Shown here in pieces: positions 25,842-33,373 of a DNA stretch of 64,000 nucleotides. The notes beneath the pieces were generated by a model. It did no database searches. It had not been told where the DNA came from and saw nothing but the letters and a program-made list of their open reading frames with translations. The position numbers and the translations under genes were made by a program. Numbering within the stretch: position 1 is the stretch's first letter; every line of letters begins with the position of its first letter. This DNA is from an uncultured Bacteroidota bacterium (GTDB lineage: Bacteria; Bacteroidota; Bacteroidia; JABEUT01): positions 8,312 through 72,311 of the forward strand of contig CAIUPO010000051.1 of the NCBI GenBank assembly GCA_903901055.1, written 5' to 3'.

Positions 25842-28700
25842 TTAATATACAATCGTTACAGCGCCTGTCGCATTATTTGCCCCTGCAGTCATTGATGTTC
25901 CTGTTCCGAATGGAGCAACGTAAGAACCTCCACCCTGGCCTGCGGCATCATCACCATTTCCGCCGCCGCCGCCATTATATCCACCACCGCCACCGCCGGC
26001 ACCACAACCACTTTCCCAAGCACCGCCACCACCGCCAAATCCTCCAGCTCCACCATAACTTCCACCTGCAGCACCACCAGCACCGCCGTTTGCCGGACTT
26101 TTGCCACCTATAGATCCTCCGTTAACACCTCCTGTACCATTGGATAGCCAACCTCCACCACCAGCAGCTCCATTTCCAGTTCCTCCTCCACCACCGTTTC
26201 CTAACACACCGCCTGCAGCAGTTCCAAGTCCGCCAGCAGCAATAGTGGTAGCATTTGTAGATGAACCTGCACCCGCTTGGAATACACATGGTGAATTACC
26301 GCCGCCGCCGCCGCCTGCGGCAACATAAAGTGTGGTAGTATTATTATCCCATACATAACTTCCGCCTCCGCCGCCGCCAGTATAAGCGTCAGAAGATGTT
26401 GCACCTGATGTTGCGGTTAAAACTTTCATTACGTGACCTGGGGTAACCGTAAATGTTCCAACCACGGTAGCTCCTCTTCCGGCAAAAGTTCCACTACCAC
26501 CACCTTTAGCTCCCTTGGCTGTAATAGTAATTGATGTGATACCACAAGGAACAGTCCAACTTGTAATAGAACCTGCTGTACCGGTGAATGTGCTGTGTAC
26601 AACTACACAACCAGAAGAAGTTACAGTTAAGCAAGAAGTGGCACTTGTCCCACAAGCATTACCAGCCGTTACACAGATAGTGTATGTTCCGGCCGTTGCA
26701 GTATTTAATATAGTTACCGATGTTGTTCCTTGTCCTAACGATACTGTTGCAAGGTTAGTATTAGAAGTAGACCAGGTATATGTTGTTGCATTTGCAATTG
26801 CAGTAGTAGTATAAACGAAAGAAGCGCTTGTTGACGGAGTAGTGCTTCCTGAAGGAACTGTAGGCACAGAAGGGGTTCCATTAATGGTAACCGCCAAGCT
26901 GCTTGCAGCACTTGTTCCGCATGCATTTTGAGCTGTAACAGTTATATTTCCTGTAAAATAAGATGCGCCTAAAGTAATTGTAATTGAAGTTGTTCCTGCC
27001 CCTGCGGTAATAGTACCTACCCCGGCGGGAACTGTCCAGTTATAAGTGGTTGCACCGGGAACCGCTACTATAGTATATACGTGGTTAGTTGTGCTGTATT
27101 GGTTACAGTAGGATGCAGTTCCTGAAATAATACCTGGAGTAGCAGGTATAGAGGAAAGAGTAATTGCCAATGCAGGGCTTGAGCCGCTTGTTCCGCAGGC
27201 ATTGCCGGCTGTAACCGTAATATTTCCATTAGTTGTTCCCATAGTTACGGTAATGGAGGTAGTTCCTGTCCCTGCCGTAATAGTAGCACCAGCAGGTACT
27301 GACCAAGTGTAGGTTGTTGCTCCTGCAACAGATGCAATTGTATAAACATTACCTGTGCTTGAAGCGCATGGAGTAGCAGGTCCGGTTATTATTCCCGGTG
27401 CTGAAGGTGTTGTACCTAAAGTAACTGCGAGAGTGCTTGCGGCACTTGTTCCGCATGCATTTTGTGCAGTAACCGTAATATTTCCGGGGTTAGTACCCAA
27501 GGTAACTGTAATGGAAGTTCCAGTATTGGCAGTTATTGTTGCACCTGGGGGTACAGTCCAGTTATAGCTGGTAGCAAAGGTAACAGCAGTAATGGTATAC
27601 ACATTTCCGGCTGATGATATGCAAGGCGTTGCATTTCCTGAAATTGCGCCTGGTGTAGCGGGAACTGGAGATGCAGTAACTGCAAGAGTGCTTGCGGCGC
27701 TTGTTCCGCAACTATTTGTGGCAGTAACTGAAATATTGCCACTGGAAGTACCCATTGTTACGGTTATTGAATTGGTGCCCTGACCGGCAGTAATGGTAGC
27801 TCCCGCAGGAATAGACCATGTATAATAAAGAGCACCTGCAACAGCAGTAATGCTATAAACATTTCCTCCTGAAGTTGCACAAGGAGTTGCAGTGCCTGTT
27901 ATTCCACCCGGAGTTGCCGGTGCGCCTGCACATTGGCAGGTAATACTCTGCCAGCTTACACCACTCCAATATTGCATGCAATTAGTAGTGGAATTAAATA
28001 CGATCAACCCAATTGCCGGAGTGCCGATAGCCGTTATTTGGCCTGTTGTCATGCGGGGAGGAAGCAATCCACCCGTAGTGGATGTAATATCTAAAGCTGC
28101 TGAAGCATTTGGTGCGTTTGTTCCTATTCCGGTTTGTCCTGATATAATTACACCACCAACCGGAGCAGCTGTTCCGGCATAAGTACCGAAAGCTGCGTTA
28201 CCATTAACATCCAATTTATTTACAGGGGTTAAAGCCACTGTAGATATACTTACACCAGTGCCATTATCTTGTGCAGCGCCTGTACCTAAAGTTGAAGCGC
28301 TTGTCCATTTGGCTAAATAATTAGGGATTCCTGTACCAGTTGGTGCACTTGGACTTCCGCTATTTTTTATATATAACCACGCAGTGCCCGACCAATAATA
28401 ATAACCTACACCTAAGGGTAATGCCCCGTTGGTATTCCAAATAATAGTTCCAACCACCGGGCCCGGAATGGTTGCCACATCCGATGTTGAAACCAAACTC
28501 ACGTTAGGCATAAGTAAGCCCATGTGAGCATTGGAAGAATGGCTTAAGTCTAATATAGCCGGATTGCTGCTTGCTGCACCCGCCGAGTTAATGGAAATGT
28601 ATCCGGTTTGTGAAAAAAGAGAAAATGAAATACTTAAAAACAACGCAACCAGCGTGCATTTTCCCAACGCGTTCCATTTGGAAGTGTAATATTTATTCAT
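25842..28700 (-). CDS. Secreted protein: duplicated N-terminal domain + 5 PKD-like modules + polyglycine C-terminal domain (paralog 3)
   Basis: 952 aa with a signal peptide ending FSLFSQ. Five ~85-aa modules follow the pattern GNVYTI.AV.GAT.Y.W.VP.GATITAG.GT.SITVT.G...GNITVTA.NACGTSA. The Gly-rich tail ends TGAVTIVY. Confidence 0.85.
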   Translation of the reverse strand: MNKYYTSKWNALGKCTLVALFLSISFSLFSQTGYISINSAGAASSNPAILDLSHSSNAHMGLLMPNVSLVSTSDVATIPGPVVGTIIWNTNGALPLGVGYYYWSGTAWLYIKNSGSPSAPTGTGIPNYLAKWTSASTLGTGAAQDNGTGVSISTVALTPVNKLDVNGNAAFGTYAGTAAPVGGVIISGQTGIGTNAPNASAALDITSTTGGLLPPRMTTGQITAIGTPAIGLIVFNSTTNCMQYWSGVSWQSITCQCAGAPATPGGITGTATPCATSGGNVYSITAVAGALYYTWSIPAGATITAGQGTNSITVTMGTSSGNISVTATNSCGTSAASTLAVTASPVPATPGAISGNATPCISSAGNVYTITAVTFATSYNWTVPPGATITANTGTSITVTLGTNPGNITVTAQNACGTSAASTLAVTLGTTPSAPGIITGPATPCASSTGNVYTIASVAGATTYTWSVPAGATITAGTGTTSITVTMGTTNGNITVTAGNACGTSGSSPALAITLSSIPATPGIISGTASYCNQYSTTNHVYTIVAVPGATTYNWTVPAGVGTITAGAGTTSITITLGASYFTGNITVTAQNACGTSAASSLAVTINGTPSVPTVPSGSTTPSTSASFVYTTTAIANATTYTWSTSNTNLATVSLGQGTTSVTILNTATAGTYTICVTAGNACGTSATSCLTVTSSGCVVVHSTFTGTAGSITSWTVPCGITSITITAKGAKGGGSGTFAGRGATVVGTFTVTPGHVMKVLTATSGATSSDAYTGGGGGGSYVWDNNTTTLYVAAGGGGGGNSPCVFQAGAGSSTNATTIAAGGLGTAAGGVLGNGGGGGTGNGAAGGGGWLSNGTGGVNGGSIGGKSPANGGAGGAAGGSYGGAGGFGGGGGAWESGCGAGGGGGGYNGGGGGNGDDAAGQGGGSYVAPFGTGTSMTAGANNATGAVTIVY
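26613..27920 (-). repeat. Five tandem coding repeats (~255 nt each) encoding PKD-like modules inside paralog 3
   Basis: Covers aa ~261-696 of the 952-aa protein. The repeats are visible as recurring ...NVYTI...ATITAG...ITVT...CGTS... blocks. Confidence 0.8.
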
Positions 28701-29260
28701 ATTTTTAAACAGTTTTTCATCAATATTAAAGAGGCAGACCCGGCAATTTTGCCTTCTTTCTCAAGGGGAAGTTCTTCCAGGGGATTAAGAGAAAAAGAAA
28801 GTAAAATTAAAAAATTACTAACAAATTCCGCCTAAGTTAACGAAATTTTACTTGAATTGTTCCTATTTAAATTATATATATACACAACGATGCTATTTTT
28901 AATCCTATTTTAATCTCTCCATTAAACACAACTGACTTAAATCAGTTTTTTTTAGCTGAAACCAATAATTCAAAAATTTAACTTTTCTTTTTGATTTAAT
29001 TTTAGTAGGGGTACTTTTATCTTTGAGGGGAATAGGGTCAGATAGTTATCATCTTTTGGGAGGTATTTACTAAAGGTAATTTTGCCCCGATTTCAATAAA
29101 AAATGCTTTTTGAGGTTTTCTACCTCCTTAATTAAGTTCTATACCTTTACTAGCCAACTGTACAATAGGCTAATGGTAGCTTTTAAATTATACGTCTTAA
29201 TGTCTGTATTTCAATAAAAAAGCCTTATGAGAATTACCCGATAAGCAGTTAATTTTTAAG

Positions 29261-29610
<350 letters not shown>

Positions 29611-29619
29611 TTCCTGTTT

Positions 29620-29697
29620 TGGTGGGAGCTACCGGGTTCGAACCGATGACCCTCTGCTTGTAAGGCAGATGCTCTGAACCAGCTGAGCTAAGCTCCC
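29620..29697 (-). tRNA. tRNA-Val (anticodon UAC), with CCA encoded
   Basis: The reverse complement is GGGAGCT TA GCTC AGCTGGTTCA GAGC A TCTGC CTTACAA GCAGA GGGTC ATCGG TTCGAAC CCGGT AGCTCCC A CCA, which folds as a canonical cloverleaf. Confidence 0.9.
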
Positions 29698-29753
29698 AAA
29701 AAGGTTTGCAAATGTAATAATTATTAGGAACGGCGATACAAATTTATTTTTTC

Positions 29754-32153
29754 TTAATCCCCTGTTCCACCTCCATATCCACCATAACTTCCATATCCGC
29801 CGTAACCACCATAGCCTCCATATCCACCATAATAACCGTAACTATAACGATTATAGTAGTATTTGGACCTTCTTCTCTTCACGTTATTCAATACAAATCC
29901 GAAATTTTTGATCTTATTCATTACTACGGTATCATGAATATTTTGAACTGCTTCACGATAAGCATATTTTGTGTTCAGTACAAAAAGATTAATATCAGAA
30001 ACATTCATAAGTACAAAAGCATCCGAAATTAAACCTATAGGAGGAGTGTCTACAATAACATAGTCGTAATGCAGTTTGCCAAAATCAAGGATATCTTTTA
30101 CGCGTGGTGAAAGAACCAACTCCGATGAGTTTGGTGGAATTGGCCCGCAAAGAATAATGTCCATACCAGGTATTGGTGTTGGTAATACGCAATCAGCAAT
30201 TTCTGATTTGCCAATAAGGATAGTGCTTAAACCAATATCTGCCTTAATATTCAAAGCTTTGTGAATACGGGGTTTATGAAGATCAAACTCAAGGAGTAAA
30301 ACCTTTTTTTCTGCCTTTGCAAGTATGGCACCTAAGTTGATAGAGCAAAATGTTTTACCTTCTCCTGGGCCATTCGAAGTAAACAACAAAACCTTTGACC
30401 CGGATACATTGCCGGTGGTCATATACTGTAAATTTGTACGCAACACCCTGAAAGATTCCGTTAACGGAGATTTTGGGTTGTTTTCAATAGCTACAGATAA
30501 GTTAGCAAGTGTAGGCGCACTTAATATTTCCCCTACTACAGGCAACGTTGTTTTCTGCTTCAGTTCTGCAATATTCTCAATACGATCGTAAAAAGTAACC
30601 CTGATAAAAATTAAGAAAACACCAAGTAAAGCACCTCCCATAATAAACATCAATAATGTTTTATTTCGGTTAGGCTCGATAACTCCTATCGACCTGGGGA
30701 TTTCAATTATCTCAGTTTTTGGAATAATTGTGGCCCGTTGAATAAGTGTTGTTGCTTTCTCCTGTAAAAGGAATGAATAGAGTTGCTCGTTCACATCCTG
30801 TTGTGTACTGATATTTGTTAAGCCCCTTTGCTTATCCGGTATAGTCTTTATCAGTTCAACATATTGGCTTAACTGGGAACTGTTGTCTTTAATAAGATTA
30901 TTGGTAGCCGCCCTGTCCTTGGCAATGTATGTCATTATTTTTTGCTTGAGGGAATCGATTTTATTATCAATCGAAGACATTGCAATATTTTCTTTGGTCC
31001 CTTTGGCCGCTTCATCAATTCGTCCAATCTGCAAACCATACAATTGATCTACTGTAGTTTTAAGGAAGTCATCATCACTATTAATATAAACTGAAGGAGG
31101 AAGAAATTGAGGGTCCTTATCTTCAATAATATATTTTTCCAGATCATTCAATACACTTACCTGAGCTTCCAGTGTTGTCCTGTTAGCATCAAGGGTATTA
31201 TATTGGCTAAAGTATTCATCCTCTTCCCTATCAAGGTCAAGAATATTTTTCTTGGCCTCATAATTTTGTATAGAAAGACTTATTGTGTCCAATTTCCCCA
31301 ACTCATCGTTAAGTAATTTATTAACAAATTCAATAGTGCGGGTATTTACCCTGATTTCATGGTCAACTACATTTCTCACATACATATTTATCAATGTATC
31401 CAAAAATGCAACTCCTCTTTGGGGATTAGGGTCTTTCAATGTTATTTGAAGCACATTTGTTTTTTCAGGCACCTGAATATCCAGCATGTTTTTTTGAATA
31501 TTACTAACCATGCTATTAAGGTTATGTACTTTTATGTAATAATTAGATATTATAGTTTCATTCGGCCTTAGATTGACCACCTTCATTTTAATATCCGTAT
31601 TAACAATATAATCTCCGAAAGTTCCTGAAAGGGTATATGGCTTTTTATCCTTCTCGTAACTTATTTTATAATGGTATTTATCTATATAATTAAATTTAAT
31701 ATTCGATTCATATAAACTTCCATTGATGTTCAAAACGCTTATCTTGAAAGGAACATTTGCGAACATTTCCTTATCATTCAACCTGCCTTCAATATAATAT
31801 GAAACACCAATATCAAGCTTATCCACTACTTTCCTTAACAAATCAAATGATTCGATAACTTGAATTTCATTATAGTTTTTAACCTGTTGGTTCCCTAATA
31901 AAGAACCGGACCCGGAACCTCCACTTGATAAATTAGAAAGCGCATCGAGTGTTGAACTGGACTCATCCTCAGATTTTAATAAAAGCTCGGTAACAACTGC
32001 ATAAACGTCCTGCAATGTTTTACCGTAATACCATCCGGCAGCTGCTGAAAGCCCTACAAATACAACAAAAATCCACCAGTTTTTCTTAATTACACGAAGG
32101 AATGATTTTAAATCGTTTAAATCAAATATTGCGCCACTACTACGGTTTTCCAT
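29754..32153 (-). CDS. wzc: Polysaccharide biosynthesis tyrosine autokinase (Wzc/PCP-2a type)
   Basis: Two TM segments flank a large coiled periplasmic domain. The C-terminal BY-kinase domain has Walker A (SNGPGEGKT) and a Walker B-like VIVDTPP. The Tyr-rich tail is YYYNRYSYGYYGGYGGYGGYGGYGSYGGYGG. Confidence 0.85.
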   Translation of the reverse strand: MENRSSGAIFDLNDLKSFLRVIKKNWWIFVVFVGLSAAAGWYYGKTLQDVYAVVTELLLKSEDESSSTLDALSNLSSGGSGSGSLLGNQQVKNYNEIQVIESFDLLRKVVDKLDIGVSYYIEGRLNDKEMFANVPFKISVLNINGSLYESNIKFNYIDKYHYKISYEKDKKPYTLSGTFGDYIVNTDIKMKVVNLRPNETIISNYYIKVHNLNSMVSNIQKNMLDIQVPEKTNVLQITLKDPNPQRGVAFLDTLINMYVRNVVDHEIRVNTRTIEFVNKLLNDELGKLDTISLSIQNYEAKKNILDLDREEDEYFSQYNTLDANRTTLEAQVSVLNDLEKYIIEDKDPQFLPPSVYINSDDDFLKTTVDQLYGLQIGRIDEAAKGTKENIAMSSIDNKIDSLKQKIMTYIAKDRAATNNLIKDNSSQLSQYVELIKTIPDKQRGLTNISTQQDVNEQLYSFLLQEKATTLIQRATIIPKTEIIEIPRSIGVIEPNRNKTLLMFIMGGALLGVFLIFIRVTFYDRIENIAELKQKTTLPVVGEILSAPTLANLSVAIENNPKSPLTESFRVLRTNLQYMTTGNVSGSKVLLFTSNGPGEGKTFCSINLGAILAKAEKKVLLLEFDLHKPRIHKALNIKADIGLSTILIGKSEIADCVLPTPIPGMDIILCGPIPPNSSELVLSPRVKDILDFGKLHYDYVIVDTPPIGLISDAFVLMNVSDINLFVLNTKYAYREAVQNIHDTVVMNKIKNFGFVLNNVKRRRSKYYYNRYSYGYYGGYGGYGGYGGYGSYGGYGGGTGD

Positions 32154-32312
32154 CAGGTTTTTACGATATGTTTTTTATACTATTATTTCTTCTCAATAAA
32201 ATTTTTCCACCTTTTTTACAGGCAATTAAATTTTCTAGTTTTTAAAATCAGGTTACTTGTTGTTCCTTGCCAATATTCCTCCATCAAAATTCTTAACCAC
32301 TAATCCATCCCA

Positions 32313-33284
32313 TTAATCCAGCGATTGTGTAGGTTGAGATGCAATGCTTATTATTTGTTTAAACTCATCAGGGGTTAAGTCATTATAAAAGTAGTTGATA
32401 GGGTTAATTTTCACGCCATTTTTTATTACTTCATAATGCAGGTGGTCTCCGGTTGATTCCCCCGTTGAGCCTACATAACCTATTATCTGGCCACGCTTTA
32501 CTTTTTGACCAACAGTAGCGGCAATCCTGCTCATGTGTCCATAAAGGGTCTCATATCCGAAACCATGATTAATAACCACATGGTTGCCGTATCCCCGTTC
32601 CAAATTATCTGCGGTTTCAACCACTCCGTCTCCGGTAGCATAAATGGGTGTTCCAAGCACAGCAGCAAAATCTATTCCGGTATGCATTTTCTCTACTTTA
32701 AAAATGGGGTGAATCCGCATTCCAAAACCAGAGAGTATACCTTTTAGTTGCTTATTGTCAATAGGCTGTATCGCCGGGATACAGGCAAGCATTTTTTCTT
32801 TGTTTTTGGCAAGTTTTTCAACCTCATCATACGACCTGGACTGAACATAAATCTGCCTTACAAGCTGGTCCATTTTGCGGGTTGTTTCGGTCATTAATTC
32901 AGAATTGGTAAAGCCCTGAAGGTCTTTATACCGGTCGGCACCTCCATACCCTGCACCGCGAACACTGGCAGGAATCGGATCGGCATCAAGTACAACACGG
33001 TAAATATTATTATCCCTCGAAGCCATATCCTGCATAACCTGGTTCACTTCACTCATGCGGTTATTCAACAAATCATACTGGAACTCCAACTGGGCAATAT
33101 CCCTTTTCAGCTTCTTTTCTTTCGGGGAATCGATAACACTAAAGCCTATAACAAGAACAATAAAGGAAAAGAAAACACTGGTAAGCACATACGAAAGCAC
33201 TTTGCGCATCTTATCCCGAAAACGGTGATGCACCTTCTCATAACTGAGGGTCTTATGGTTAAATATGTATTTAATTTTCGCCAT
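32313..33284 (-). CDS. M23 family metallopeptidase (membrane-anchored)
   Basis: N-terminal TM, a coiled region, then HTGIDFAA...GYGNHVVINHGFGYETLYGHMS...GSTGESTGDHLHYEV. Confidence 0.9.
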   Translation of the reverse strand: MAKIKYIFNHKTLSYEKVHHRFRDKMRKVLSYVLTSVFFSFIVLVIGFSVIDSPKEKKLKRDIAQLEFQYDLLNNRMSEVNQVMQDMASRDNNIYRVVLDADPIPASVRGAGYGGADRYKDLQGFTNSELMTETTRKMDQLVRQIYVQSRSYDEVEKLAKNKEKMLACIPAIQPIDNKQLKGILSGFGMRIHPIFKVEKMHTGIDFAAVLGTPIYATGDGVVETADNLERGYGNHVVINHGFGYETLYGHMSRIAATVGQKVKRGQIIGYVGSTGESTGDHLHYEVIKNGVKINPINYFYNDLTPDEFKQIISIASQPTQSLD

Positions 33285-33373
33285 CTGTCTCTAAAATTGC
33301 CTTACTTTTGAGCAACTCCTTTTTTAATAGGAGTGCAAATATAAAAAAACATATCCGGAAATTGACATAATTT

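Noticed and set aside
21990-26330. Runs of GCC/GCCGCC (ccgccgccgcc) that look like a microsatellite or short-repeat array
   Set aside because: They are in-frame Gly codons of the polyglycine domains on the minus strand. They are irregular in length and have no spacer structure, so they are neither a CRISPR array nor a non-coding simple repeat.
22247-28182. Many plus-strand ORFs of 60-190 aa (for example 24103-24666, 24667-25065, 26101-26328) with proline- or valine/alanine-rich translations
   Set aside because: They are antisense shadows of the Gly/Thr/Ala-rich minus-strand genes, because GGN and ACN codons read as NCC and NGT on the other strand. They have no start context or motifs.
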